A DNA stretch of 64,000 nucleotides from assembly GCA_934133195.1 (NCBI GenBank), contig CAKPAZ010000004.1:3564-67563 (forward strand). The letters are read 5' to 3'. This document shows positions 19,190 through 29,696 of this stretch, piece after piece. A program made the translations under genes and the position numbers. The first letter of the stretch is position 1. Each line of letters opens with the position of its first letter. The notes beneath the pieces are model-generated. The model was not told the origin of the DNA. It saw only the letters and a list, made by a program, of their open reading frames with translations, and did no database searches. This stretch comes from an uncultured Bacilli bacterium (lineage in GTDB: Bacteria > Bacillota_I > Bacilli_A > ML615J-28 > CAG-313).

Positions 19190-20083
19190 ATGACAATAAA
19201 ATTTGAATCTTTTTTTAAATTTGAACATCCAGAAAAAATTAAAGTTAAATTTAATATGACATCTGGTCGTGGTGGTGATAGAGCGTGGGACAATTTACGA
19301 GATGATGATGGAAATTATCAACGTAATGATAATAAGTGGTATAATATGAATGCTCATAGAAGTGAAACAGGACAATCAAACAACAATCTTGAACATTATG
19401 AATATGTTTTATCCTTTGCACAATATTATCCATATGGCCATGAATTTTATATATTTGGTGGATTATATAAAAAAACGGGTATTAGAAGTAATGACAAATA
19501 TGAATTAGAGTTACAAGATGACTATATAGAATATAGAAACAGATTAATTATTAAGTTAGAAAAATCAATTGGAAGAAATCTTTATTTAGTAAAGTTTAAA
19601 ACTGTGTGTAACAAAATGAATGCTGTCATTTATGAGATCAGACCAGAAGGAAAACTTTCAGTTTTTCCAGGATATAATAATGTTAGATTAACGCATAAAG
19701 AACTACAAAGTATTATCAATGGTAAGGAGATGGAATGGAAAAATGCATTGTCAGTGGTAAAAGGCGTTTACTGTATAACTGATACTTCAACAGGAAAAAT
19801 CTACATAGGCTCAGCTTATGGTAATACCAATGGTATATGGCAACGATGGTCATCATATGCTAATATTAAAAATCTCACAGGTGGTAATAAATATTTTGAA
19901 TTACTAAAAAAAGAATGTGAATCATACATTATTGACAACTTTCAATATTCAATTTTAGAAATCATGGATTTTAAGACGGATAAGAATGAAATTATTCGAA
20001 GAGAAGAGTATTGGAAAAAAGTATTCAAAAGCGTAGAATATGGAATGAATGAAGCTAGAAAAAATGTTGATGAATATTTATAA
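19190..20083 (+). CDS. GIY-YIG nuclease-domain protein with an unknown N-terminal domain
   Basis: The likely start is ATG 19190, with an RBS aggagcgag. The C-terminus has GVYCITDTSTGKIYIGSAYG...WQRWSSY...NKYFELL...E...EEYW, the GIY-YIG motifs. Confidence 0.6.
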   Translation: MTIKFESFFKFEHPEKIKVKFNMTSGRGGDRAWDNLRDDDGNYQRNDNKWYNMNAHRSETGQSNNNLEHYEYVLSFAQYYPYGHEFYIFGGLYKKTGIRSNDKYELELQDDYIEYRNRLIIKLEKSIGRNLYLVKFKTVCNKMNAVIYEIRPEGKLSVFPGYNNVRLTHKELQSIINGKEMEWKNALSVVKGVYCITDTSTGKIYIGSAYGNTNGIWQRWSSYANIKNLTGGNKYFELLKKECESYIIDNFQYSILEIMDFKTDKNEIIRREEYWKKVFKSVEYGMNEARKNVDEYL

Positions 20084-20111
20084 TTATTAAAATATAAATA
20101 CTAATTATTCA

Positions 20112-20146
20112 AAAGACCTTCACAGGAAAGGCCTTTTATTTTTAAA
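20112..20146 (+). terminator. Probable terminator
   Basis: aaagaccttcacaggaaaggcctttt followed by ATTTTT. Confidence 0.4.
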
Positions 20147-20316
20147 TATTTGTAATATTTTTTAAAATAAAAACATTCGTTATATAAAAAATAAATAAAA
20201 GTATTAAAAGAAAATTGAAATTAACATAATATTAGATAGATATAATTTGAATTTTTTAAAATTATATGATAAAATCATATCATAAAAATAAAATGTATAA
20301 ATGAGGATTGAGAATT

Positions 20317-21336
20317 ATGAATGAAAAAATTATGAAAGCACTAGAAGCATGTAATAAAGTTTTAGAGGGCTTGGAAAATGAAACTCTTTCTATTTCATCT
20401 GCTTTAATGTTATGCTTGAAAATTGCTAGACTTACAAATGATGAAAATAATTTAAGTTGGTTAATGTATGAAAGTAGCGGTTATGCTAAAATTGATAATG
20501 ATAATCTTTTGCCAGAAGCTTTTGAAATCGCAAAAAAGCATGGAAGAAATTATATAATAGATGACAAAGAGTATGTGTTTACTGAATTAGTTCCAGAACT
20601 AGAATCAAAGATTGAATGTGCAAAAATGCAAACTAATAACTTTACAACTAATGGTGCATCTACCTCTGGTAATTATGCTATGGGAGCGATGCACAGATTA
20701 ACTGAATCTGTTGCTTCGGAAAATAAAAAATTGTTAACTATAATGACTAGTTCGAGAAAAAAATTAATGATATTAGCAAGCCAATTTTATGATTATGCAC
20801 TAAAAAAATCTATTGAAATAACATTTGGGAACGTTTCGCAAACGATTTTTGAATCTTATAGAGAAACTGTTAATGGATACTTAAATGATGTTTCAAAAGA
20901 TACACTAATGAAATTGCAAGCAATTGATGAAGGATTGCAAACTAACAATAAAGAAACGTATTCACAAATTTTAACTACATGCAGAAGATTATTTCAAGAA
21001 TTGGTAAAAAATTTATTCAAAAGAGTTTTGCCTGAGTTCCAAGACGATCAGTTTAAAACTAAAAGTGGTAAATTCATAGATGTAAGTGGTGAACACTACA
21101 AAAATAAACTTTCAGCAATAATTGAGACTTTGGAAGACAAAACATTAAATAAATCACTTGTTGGTACTAGCATATTATATTACATGGACTGGATTGATAA
21201 CTTAACTTCACTTCAATCCAAAGGAGTACATAATGATATTTCTCTAGAAGAAGCAAGAAGTTGTATTATTCAAACTTACATTTTTGCTGGTGAAATCATT
21301 AAGTTATATGAAAACAATTTTAAAAATATTGATTGA
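20317..21336 (+). CDS. Hypothetical protein (340 aa)
   Basis: ATG 20317 with gagg 10 nt upstream. The ORF track used TTG 20308. No motif recognised. Confidence 0.5.
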   Translation: MNEKIMKALEACNKVLEGLENETLSISSALMLCLKIARLTNDENNLSWLMYESSGYAKIDNDNLLPEAFEIAKKHGRNYIIDDKEYVFTELVPELESKIECAKMQTNNFTTNGASTSGNYAMGAMHRLTESVASENKKLLTIMTSSRKKLMILASQFYDYALKKSIEITFGNVSQTIFESYRETVNGYLNDVSKDTLMKLQAIDEGLQTNNKETYSQILTTCRRLFQELVKNLFKRVLPEFQDDQFKTKSGKFIDVSGEHYKNKLSAIIETLEDKTLNKSLVGTSILYYMDWIDNLTSLQSKGVHNDISLEEARSCIIQTYIFAGEIIKLYENNFKNID

Positions 21337-21396
21337 ATGATATATTGATTAAATAAATATTGTTTTTTATAAATTTATTACAAATAGAGGAACTAT

Positions 21397-22599
21397 ATGG
21401 ATAAACTTTTTAAATTTATTTTAGAGAACTATAACGATGGAAGCGAAAAAGTAGATAAAACTACTGAATTATATAATATTTTAATTAAAAAACTTCCAAA
21501 TAAAATAGAATATACCTTGGGCATAACAGATCTTATTGTTAAAGGATCCATGGGACAAGGAAATAAAACCCAATATCCTTGGATTGCTATAATGGATAAG
21601 AGTATTACTCAATCAACACAATATGGCTTGTACATGGTATACTTATTTAAAAGAGATATGAGCGGATTCTATTTATCTCTTAATCAAGGTATTACTTTTT
21701 TTGAAAAAGAATACGGCAAACAAAGATATACTAATGCAGCTCTTGTTGCAGATTATTTTAGAAGTCAAATTGGAGAAACATCTTTTTCAAAAAATGAAAT
21801 TGACATAACATGTGGTGATAAATCCAAGTCTTTAGGATATGGATATCAGAAAACTAATATTATTTCTAAATATTATCCCATTGATAAATTAGATGAGCAG
21901 ATGTTAGTTAAAGACTTATTTGAACTATTTCATATTTATGATGAAATACTTCAACATATTAGTACCACATCATACGATAGCATTATTAAGGACATATTGA
22001 TAGAAGAAGAAAAGTCTTTTGTAGATGTAGATACCGCAGTGTATGAAATAAAAAAAGTATTAGATCAATATGATAATTTACCTGCAGGGTTACATAGAAC
22101 ATTAATAGAAGAAGAACCAACAGTTAAGCTATCAAAGAAATATGAAAGAATTACAAAGCCAAAAACAACTAAGATTGATTATATAAATAAAGCCAGAAAA
22201 GATGCAGAAGTTGGACTTTTGGGTGAAGAATTAGTTATTAGTTATGAAAAACAAAGATTAATAGATCTAAATTTAAATGATTACGCTGAAAAAATTAAAT
22301 GGATATCTAAAGAATCTGATTTGTATGGATATGATATTGAATCATTCGATATGGATGAAAATGGTAATATTTTTTCTATTAAGATAGAAGTAAAAACAAC
22401 TGCTTCTAGAGCAGATACTGAATTTTTTGTTTCCAAAAATGAACTTGAAGTATCGAAAGAATATCAAAAAAAATACTTTATATATAGAGTATATGATGCT
22501 AAAGGATTAATGCCTAAGTTTTATAGAGTTGCAGGATGTATATCAGATAATTTTATTTTAGATCCTGTTACCTTTATGGCAAGGTATAAATATAGATAA
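21397..22599 (+). CDS. Putative modification-dependent (type IV-like) restriction enzyme: MrcB-N-like DNA-binding domain plus C-terminal PD-(D/E)xK (DUF3883-like) nuclease
   Basis: N-terminal LIVKGSMGQGNKTQYPWIAIMD resembles the MrcB_N (DUF3578) core. C-terminal YDIESFD...IKIEVKTT...FFVSKNELE...YFIYRV fits D...(D/E)xK. Confidence 0.45.
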   Translation: MDKLFKFILENYNDGSEKVDKTTELYNILIKKLPNKIEYTLGITDLIVKGSMGQGNKTQYPWIAIMDKSITQSTQYGLYMVYLFKRDMSGFYLSLNQGITFFEKEYGKQRYTNAALVADYFRSQIGETSFSKNEIDITCGDKSKSLGYGYQKTNIISKYYPIDKLDEQMLVKDLFELFHIYDEILQHISTTSYDSIIKDILIEEEKSFVDVDTAVYEIKKVLDQYDNLPAGLHRTLIEEEPTVKLSKKYERITKPKTTKIDYINKARKDAEVGLLGEELVISYEKQRLIDLNLNDYAEKIKWISKESDLYGYDIESFDMDENGNIFSIKIEVKTTASRADTEFFVSKNELEVSKEYQKKYFIYRVYDAKGLMPKFYRVAGCISDNFILDPVTFMARYKYR

Positions 22600-22865
22600 A
22601 AAATTTAAAATAAACTAGTAGAATATGTTTGTAAAAAAATGAATAAGCGATAAAACAGAAATTTAAAAATATGACGATATTATAGAGATTACTTACATTG
22701 ATTATTTGCTAAATAATCATTTTAAATTTTTAAAAATTCAAGCGTTTAACACCATTGAAATTATCATATGATTTTAACATTCACAGCTACGACAAATATG
22801 GAAAAATAAACAATAACAAAGCGAACAGTATAAAAGTATGAATAAAAATAATTAAGGAGTAGAAT

Positions 22866-25178
22866 ATGACAGAAGAAGAAGTAAAACTAAATTATATAAC
22901 ACCCGCGATTGAACATGCAGGATGGAAAAAAAGCCAAATTAGAATGGAATATTCAATAAATGATGGGAAAATAATTATTAGAGAAAATGTCACAAAAAGG
23001 TTGCCAAAGAAAAAAGCTGATTATGTTTTATTCTATAAAACAGATTTACCACTAGCAATAGTAGAAGCAAAAGATGATAAACATGTAGTTGGTGATGGAA
23101 TGTTACAAGCTCAAGAGTATGCAAAAAAATTAGATGTTAGATTTGTTTTTACATCTAATGGTAATGGATTTTTATTTTATGATATGAAAACTGGAGAACA
23201 AAAGATATATAACTTAGATGATTTTCCTTCCCCTGAAACTTTGTATAAAATTCAGTTTGAAGAAGAGTTTAAAAAGAATAAAAATTTAGAAAAAATCATT
23301 GATACACCATATTATTATGGAGTTGAATCACTTACACCCAGATATTATCAGCGTATTGCAATAAATAGAACTGTTGAGGCAATTGCAAAAGGTAGCGAGA
23401 GAATTTTACTTGTTATGGCTACTGGGACAGGAAAAACATACATGGCTTTTCAGATTATTTGGAGGCTTTGGAAATCTGGCCTTAAAAAGAAAATTTTATA
23501 TCTTGCAGATAGAAATATTTTAATAGATCAGACAATAATCGGTGATTTTAAACCATTTAAAAATTTTATGACTAAAATTTTTCATAAAAAGATGGATACA
23601 TCATATGAAATATATTTGTCACTTTACCAACAACTTTCTGAAAATGAGACGGATGATACATTAGCTTTATTAAAAGAAAATTTTAATTCGGATTTTTTTG
23701 ATTTAATAATAGTCGATGAATGTCATAGAGGTAGTGCTAGAGAAGACTCAAATTGGAGAAAAATATTAGATTATTTTGATAAAGCAAGTAAAATCGGTAT
23801 GACAGCAACCCCTAAAGAAACTAGAGAAATATCAAATATTGATTATTTTGGTGAACCAATTTATACATACTCTTTAAAAGATGGTATTGAAGATGGATTT
23901 CTTGCCCCTTATAGGGTAATCAGATACGCCCTAGATACTGATATATATGGGTATAGACCTGAAAAAGGTAAACTTGATATTGATGGAAATATTGTTGATG
24001 ATAGAGAGTATAATATAAATGATTTTGATAAAAATCTTATAATTGACGAAAGAACTCAATTAGTTGCCAAAAAAATTACGGAATTTCTTAAAAGCACCGA
24101 TCGATTTGCAAAAACAATTGTATTTTGCGTGGATGTAGACCATGCTGAAAGAATGAGACAAGCACTAGTTGAACTTAATTCAGATCTTTGTGCTGAAGAT
24201 CATAGATATATAGTTCGTATCACTGGTGATAATGAAGAAGGAAAAAAACAACTTGATTATTTTATTGATAATGATAGTATTTATCCAACTATAGTTACAA
24301 CCAGTAAATTATTAACGACTGGAGTAAATTGCCAAACATGTAAAATTATTGTTTTAGATAACATATTTGGTGAAAATGGAATGACGGAATTTAAACAAAT
24401 TATTGGTAGAGGTACAAGAATCAAAGAAGATTATGGTAAATTATATTTTACAATTTTAGACTTTAGAAATGCTACAAGATTATTTGCTGATCCAACTTTT
24501 AATGGTCCAGAAGAACAAGTAGAAGATTATGATCCAAATAGATTAAAAAAAATTAAAAATAAAAATATAATAGAATCTGATGAAGAAGAAAATAATGAGA
24601 TAAATAATAATACAAATGTAAAAAAAATTAGAGTTAACAATGTTGATGTAATGCTTATTGCAGAAAGAGTTCAATATTATGATTGTGATGGTAAACTAAT
24701 AACAGAAAACTTAAAAGATTACACGAGAAAAAATATTTTACACGATTATGCATCTTTGAGTGATTTCTTAAATTTATGGAATAGTGAAAAAAAGCGAGAA
24801 GTCATTATAGAAGAACTTAATACTAAAGGTATTTTTATAGAAGAACTTAGAAAATTTTATCCGACTGATGTAGATGATTTCGATTTAATATGTGATATAG
24901 CATATGGATTAAAACCACTGACAAGAAAAGATAGAATTAAACGTTCTAAGGTTGTAGATATATTAAATAGATATTCTGAGGAATGCAAAAAAGTTCTTGA
25001 GATTATTCTTGAAAAATATTCAAATGATGAAATTGATGAATTAACGGATTCAAAAATTTTAAAATTACCTGACTTTAACGATTATGGTAATCCCATGAAA
25101 ATTGCAAATTTATTTGGAGGGCGTAATAATTATTTAAATGCAGTTCGTCAAATACAAAATGCACTATATGTAGCGTAA
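22866..25178 (+). CDS. hsdR: Type I restriction enzyme R subunit
   Basis: HsdR_N start MTEEEVKLNYITPAIEHAGW, Walker A MATGTGKT, DEAH box IVDECHRGSA, and a helicase C-terminal domain. Confidence 0.9.
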   Translation: MTEEEVKLNYITPAIEHAGWKKSQIRMEYSINDGKIIIRENVTKRLPKKKADYVLFYKTDLPLAIVEAKDDKHVVGDGMLQAQEYAKKLDVRFVFTSNGNGFLFYDMKTGEQKIYNLDDFPSPETLYKIQFEEEFKKNKNLEKIIDTPYYYGVESLTPRYYQRIAINRTVEAIAKGSERILLVMATGTGKTYMAFQIIWRLWKSGLKKKILYLADRNILIDQTIIGDFKPFKNFMTKIFHKKMDTSYEIYLSLYQQLSENETDDTLALLKENFNSDFFDLIIVDECHRGSAREDSNWRKILDYFDKASKIGMTATPKETREISNIDYFGEPIYTYSLKDGIEDGFLAPYRVIRYALDTDIYGYRPEKGKLDIDGNIVDDREYNINDFDKNLIIDERTQLVAKKITEFLKSTDRFAKTIVFCVDVDHAERMRQALVELNSDLCAEDHRYIVRITGDNEEGKKQLDYFIDNDSIYPTIVTTSKLLTTGVNCQTCKIIVLDNIFGENGMTEFKQIIGRGTRIKEDYGKLYFTILDFRNATRLFADPTFNGPEEQVEDYDPNRLKKIKNKNIIESDEEENNEINNNTNVKKIRVNNVDVMLIAERVQYYDCDGKLITENLKDYTRKNILHDYASLSDFLNLWNSEKKREVIIEELNTKGIFIEELRKFYPTDVDDFDLICDIAYGLKPLTRKDRIKRSKVVDILNRYSEECKKVLEIILEKYSNDEIDELTDSKILKLPDFNDYGNPMKIANLFGGRNNYLNAVRQIQNALYVA

Positions 25179-25193
25179 AGGAGGATTAAAATT

Positions 25194-26663
25194 ATGGCAG
25201 TTACAAATTTAGTAAAAAGAATACAAGATATTATGAGAAATGACGCTGGCGTTGATGGTGATGCACAACGAATTAGTCAAATGACGTGGATGTTTTTCTT
25301 AAAAGTTTATGATGCTAAGGAAGAAGAATGGGAATTTTATGATGAAAATTATCAAAGTTTAATTCCTAATGAGCTAAAATGGAGAAATTGGGCAATAGAT
25401 GACCATAGTAATAATGTAATTACCGGTGAAAAACTATTAGATTTAGTTAATAATAAACTATTTCCTACTTTAAAAAATCTTGAGATAACCCCAGAAACAC
25501 CGCTAAAGCAACGCATTGCAAAATATGTTTTCGAAGATGCACAAAATTATATGAAAGATGGTGTTTTACTTAGACAGGTAATTAATGTAATAAATGAAGT
25601 TGATTTTTCTGAATATAAAGAAAGACATGAATTTGGTGCAATTTATGAAACAATTTTAAAAAGCTTACAAAGTGCTGGAAATGCTGGTGAATTTTATACG
25701 CCGCGTGCTGTTACAGATTTTATGGTTCAGATGATAAAGCCAAAACTTGGTGAGTCTGTCGCAGATTTTGCATGTGGTACAGGTGGATTTTTAACTTCAA
25801 CTTTAAAATATCTTGAGCCACAAAAAAAATCTACAGAGGATGTTGACAAATATAACAACACAATTTATGGAATTGAAAAAAAGCCAATGCCTTATTTACT
25901 TTGTATAACAAATATGTTAATACATGATGTTGATGAACCTAAAATTTATCACATGAATTCCTTAGAAAAAAATGTAAGAGATTACAAAGAAGAAGATAAA
26001 TTTGATATTATTTTAATGAATCCACCTTACGGAGGATCAGAAAAAGAAGCTGTTAAGAATAATTTTCCTGCAGATTTAAGAAGTAGTGAAACAGCAGATT
26101 TATTCATGAATGTTATCATGTATCGTTTAAAGAAAAATGGTCGTTGTGCTGTAATTATTCCAGATGGCTTTCTATTTGGAGAAGATAACGCAAAAGTTGC
26201 TATTAAGAAGAAACTATTAAATGAATTTAATTTACACACAATCATAAGAATGCCACATAGTGTTTTTGCTCCGTATACTTCCATAACGACTAATATATTA
26301 TTTTTTGATAATACTAAATCAACTGATGAAACATGGATATATCGTATGGACATGCCTGAGGGATATAAAAATTTTTCAAAAAATAAACCTATAATGCTAG
26401 AACATTTTGCTCCTGCTATTGAATGGTGGAATAATAGAAAAGAATTAATAATTGACGAATTTCCTAAAGCAAAGAAATATACAAAAGAAGATATTATAAA
26501 ATTAAATTATAATTTAGATTTATGTGGTTATCCACATATTGAAGAAGAAATTTTAGAACCAAAAGATTTAATCCATCAATTTAAAGAGCGAAGAGATTCT
26601 TATAACGCGGAGATTGAGAGAACACTGGCAAAAATATTGGAGATTTTAGATGAAGACAATTAA
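25194..26663 (+). CDS. hsdM: Type I R-M N6-adenine DNA methyltransferase M subunit
   Basis: HsdM_N (RISQMTWMFFLKV), SAM-binding DFACGTGGFL, and catalytic NPPYGG. Confidence 0.9.
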   Translation: MAVTNLVKRIQDIMRNDAGVDGDAQRISQMTWMFFLKVYDAKEEEWEFYDENYQSLIPNELKWRNWAIDDHSNNVITGEKLLDLVNNKLFPTLKNLEITPETPLKQRIAKYVFEDAQNYMKDGVLLRQVINVINEVDFSEYKERHEFGAIYETILKSLQSAGNAGEFYTPRAVTDFMVQMIKPKLGESVADFACGTGGFLTSTLKYLEPQKKSTEDVDKYNNTIYGIEKKPMPYLLCITNMLIHDVDEPKIYHMNSLEKNVRDYKEEDKFDIILMNPPYGGSEKEAVKNNFPADLRSSETADLFMNVIMYRLKKNGRCAVIIPDGFLFGEDNAKVAIKKKLLNEFNLHTIIRMPHSVFAPYTSITTNILFFDNTKSTDETWIYRMDMPEGYKNFSKNKPIMLEHFAPAIEWWNNRKELIIDEFPKAKKYTKEDIIKLNYNLDLCGYPHIEEEILEPKDLIHQFKERRDSYNAEIERTLAKILEILDEDN

Positions 26664-28221
26664 AAATTTAACTGCAAATGAATTAAGAAAATCAATTCTT
26701 CAATTAGCTATTCAAGGGAAACTTGTAAAACAAGATCCAAATGATGAGCCGGCCAGTGAGCTTGTCAAAAAAATTTATGAAGAAAAAAAGAAATTAATTG
26801 AAGAAGGTAAAATAAAAAAAGACAAAACAGAATCAATTATTTTTAAAGGTGATGATAATTGTTATTATGAGAAGATAGGTAATAATGATCCTATAAAACT
26901 TGAGGATTTACCTTTTGATATTCCTGATAATTGGATGTGGATACGACTTAAGAATTCTTCAATATTAAATGGTGGTTATGCATTCAAAAGTGATAAATTT
27001 TCTAAAGAAGGAGTTAGAGTGATCCGTATATCTGATTTCAATGAAAATGGAATTCTTAATAAGGATATTAAACGCTATCCATATTCAATAGAATTAGAAC
27101 AATATAAAATTTTAGAGAAAGATATTTTATTATGTATGACTGGTGGTACAGTTGGAAAATCTGTATATATTAATTCACTTAATGAAGATTCATATATAAA
27201 TCAACGTGTTGCATTAATACGTATATTTAAAATATTATCTAAATATTTTTATGTATATTTAGTGTCACCGAATACTGCCGATATAATTAATAAAAATAAA
27301 AATAGTACAAATGATAATATCTCCATGAAATTAATTGAAGACTTTCTAATTCCACTACCACCATTAGAAGAACAACAACGTATTGTAGATAAGATTAATT
27401 CATTTGAACCATTATTAGAAAAATATGAAAAAATAGAAAAAGAATTATCAAAACTAGAAAAAGAGTTTCCTGAAAAACTTAAAAAATCCATTTTACAATA
27501 TGCTATTGAAGGGAAACTAGTTAAGCAAGATCCTAACGATGAACCTGCTTCAGTCTTACTTGAACGAATAAAACAAGAGAAAGAAAGACTAATTAAAGAA
27601 GGTAAAATTAAGCGTGACAAGTATGAATCATACATCTATCAAGGTGATGATAAAAATTATTATGAGAAGATCTGTAATACGGTTAATAATATTGAAATTC
27701 CATTTGAAATTCCAAACAAATGGATATGGATTAAATCACATCAGATAATGAAACCAGTTCAATACGGATATAATGGCCCAGGTTTATCAAACGGGAAATT
27801 TAAATTATTAAGAATAAGTGATATTCAAAATGGTAATGTCAATTGGAAAACACTACCATATTGCAATATTTCTGAACAACAAGTAAATATTTATCAGATT
27901 CAAAAAAATGATATTTATATTGCAAGAACTGGTGGAACAATAGGTAAATCATTTAGACTAGCTGTAGATATGCCTAATGTTGTTTTTGCGGGATATTTAA
28001 TTAGATTTTCTTTTATCGAACAAAGAATAAGTAAATATATTAATTTGTTTCTAAATACACCTTTATATTGGAATCAGGTTGCAGATAAATCTGCAGGTAC
28101 TGGTCAACCTAATATTAACGGTGTATCATTAAGTAACTTATTAGTTCCGATACCTTCTTATAATGAACAAGAACGTATTCTAAATAAAATCAATTATTTA
28201 TTTCAAAAAATAGATTGTTAA
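26650..28221 (+). CDS. hsdS: Type I R-M specificity subunit, the expressed copy
   Basis: Two TRDs separated by a conserved central coiled-coil region (LKKSILQYAIEGKLVKQDPNDEPASVLLERIKQEKERLIKEGKIK) that duplicates the N-terminal conserved region. It overlaps the hsdM stop. Confidence 0.85.
   Translation: MKTIKNLTANELRKSILQLAIQGKLVKQDPNDEPASELVKKIYEEKKKLIEEGKIKKDKTESIIFKGDDNCYYEKIGNNDPIKLEDLPFDIPDNWMWIRLKNSSILNGGYAFKSDKFSKEGVRVIRISDFNENGILNKDIKRYPYSIELEQYKILEKDILLCMTGGTVGKSVYINSLNEDSYINQRVALIRIFKILSKYFYVYLVSPNTADIINKNKNSTNDNISMKLIEDFLIPLPPLEEQQRIVDKINSFEPLLEKYEKIEKELSKLEKEFPEKLKKSILQYAIEGKLVKQDPNDEPASVLLERIKQEKERLIKEGKIKRDKYESYIYQGDDKNYYEKICNTVNNIEIPFEIPNKWIWIKSHQIMKPVQYGYNGPGLSNGKFKLLRISDIQNGNVNWKTLPYCNISEQQVNIYQIQKNDIYIARTGGTIGKSFRLAVDMPNVVFAGYLIRFSFIEQRISKYINLFLNTPLYWNQVADKSAGTGQPNINGVSLSNLLVPIPSYNEQERILNKINYLFQKIDC
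26860..26892. repeat. IR-A, left copy (33 nt perfect), in the 5' conserved region of hsdS
   Basis: tgttattatgagaagataggtaataatgatcct. Its exact reverse complement occurs at 31439..31471, with extended similarity to about 26960 and 31370. Confidence 0.8.
27541..27617. repeat. IR-B, left copy (77 nt perfect), in the central conserved region of hsdS
   Basis: gaacctgcttcagtcttacttgaacgaataaaacaagagaaagaaagactaattaaagaaggtaaaattaagcgtga. Its exact reverse complement occurs at 30699..30775, with about 90% identity over about 160 nt. Confidence 0.85.
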
Positions 28222-28794
28222 CCTTTTTAACAATTTTATGTTGTTCTGATAAAGGAGGAATTGGTATCGCATAGTTCATTATAACTTTAGGATATAATTC
28301 TATTTGATTTGTACTACCTTCATACCTTTCTTCAACATAATCAAAAATTATAGGTGATCTTAAATATAAGTATACATATTCTGGATTAATTTCTTTTTGA
28401 ATTAATCGAATTGTTGTTATATGTGAATCATAAACAATAATATTGTGATTGGAAAAAGACTTTATTTTAAGATATTAACTCTTCCAACAGTTCCTGTACC
28501 AGTTGAATTGATTATAATATCATTTATGTTAGAAATTTGCTGTGCATTATAACTAATAAATGATAATCCATCTATATATAAAGCTTTATTTAATGATAAT
28601 ATTCCGTCTTTTTGATTGCATTTTTGTGCAATTACGGGAATTGTTTTATTAACAGAATATTTAGGAGATTTTCCTCGCTTGATAAATTCTGAAATATTAA
28701 TTAATTTTGTGATTTTCCATCCAATTGGAATTGAATAATCTTTTAATTTAGATAGAAACATCTTATAATAATTTATATATAAAAAAGACTTCAA
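28190..28794 (-). pseudogene. Silent, disrupted hsdS cassette (alternative TRD) convergent on the hsdS 3' end
   Basis: The minus-strand translation gives a TRD (…GKSPKYSVNKT…STGTGTVGRVNILK), an in-frame stop near 28462, then in another frame …EINPEYVYLYLRSPII…IPIPPLSEQHKIVKK. The 3' end overlaps the hsdS 3' end. There is no start or promoter. Confidence 0.5.
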
Positions 28795-28822
28795 TGAATT
28801 TAAGTGTTCATTGAAGTCTTTT
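28782..28822. terminator. Hairpin terminator downstream of the recombinase gene
   Basis: aaaagacttcaatgaa-ttta-agtgttcattgaagtcttttt. Confidence 0.5.
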
Positions 28823-28825
28823 TGA

Positions 28826-29629
28826 TTACCAAGTTACTATTTCATCAACTAATTTTTGTTGTTCACTTGCAGTTTTTCTAAGATATATTCGTGTTGTTTC
28901 AATAGATTCATGTCCCATTAAATCTGCTAATAAAGATATATCATTATATTTCTCTAAAAAATTCTTTGCAAATCTATGTCTAAACGAATGGGGATATACA
29001 ACTTTAGGATCTATACCATATTTAATTGCATAGTTCTTTAATTGTTGAGAAATTCCTCTAGTTGTAATTCTTTCTCCAAATCTATTAAGAAAGATATATC
29101 CAGATTCAATCTCTAAATCATTTTCTATCCATTTAATTGTTTCTTTTCTTAAAGCAAGTGGAATATAAATTCTTCTAACCTTTCCACCTTTAGAATAGAT
29201 ATCTATATAACCAACTTTTACATGTTCAACTTTTATTTTAATTAATTCGCTAATTCTAGCACCAGTTGCACATAAGAATCTAACTATGAAATACCATTCG
29301 ATATTAGGTTCTTTTTTTAATTTTTTCTTAAAAAAAACGTAATCAGCATCACTAATTACGTTTTCAAGGAACATTTTTTGTTGCACCTTTATAGATTTGA
29401 GCCTTAAATTATCTTTTCCGATAAATTCCAAATACTTATTCATAGCTTGAATTTTAAGATTAACAGATTTAGCCTTAAAATTTTCTATTAAATAAGTTTT
29501 CCATAGAAGTAAATATTTCTTATTTACTTCATCAAATAATTCTTTGTATCCCTGTATAGCAATTAAATAAGCGGATACTGTGTTCTTAGCAAGATTTTTT
29601 GCTAATAAAAACTGTTTAAATTTTTCCAT
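28826..29629 (-). CDS. Tyrosine site-specific recombinase (XerC/D-like), probably the shufflon invertase
   Basis: ATGARISE (Arg), HSFRHRFA (HxxR), and GHESIETTRIYL (catalytic Tyr). Embedded between hsdS cassettes. Confidence 0.85.
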   Translation of the reverse strand: MEKFKQFLLAKNLAKNTVSAYLIAIQGYKELFDEVNKKYLLLWKTYLIENFKAKSVNLKIQAMNKYLEFIGKDNLRLKSIKVQQKMFLENVISDADYVFFKKKLKKEPNIEWYFIVRFLCATGARISELIKIKVEHVKVGYIDIYSKGGKVRRIYIPLALRKETIKWIENDLEIESGYIFLNRFGERITTRGISQQLKNYAIKYGIDPKVVYPHSFRHRFAKNFLEKYNDISLLADLMGHESIETTRIYLRKTASEQQKLVDEIVTW

Positions 29630-29696
29630 TAATTTTACCTCCTTATGGACGATAAAATTATATCATTTAATTATTAATTTTCTTTTTATGAACACA

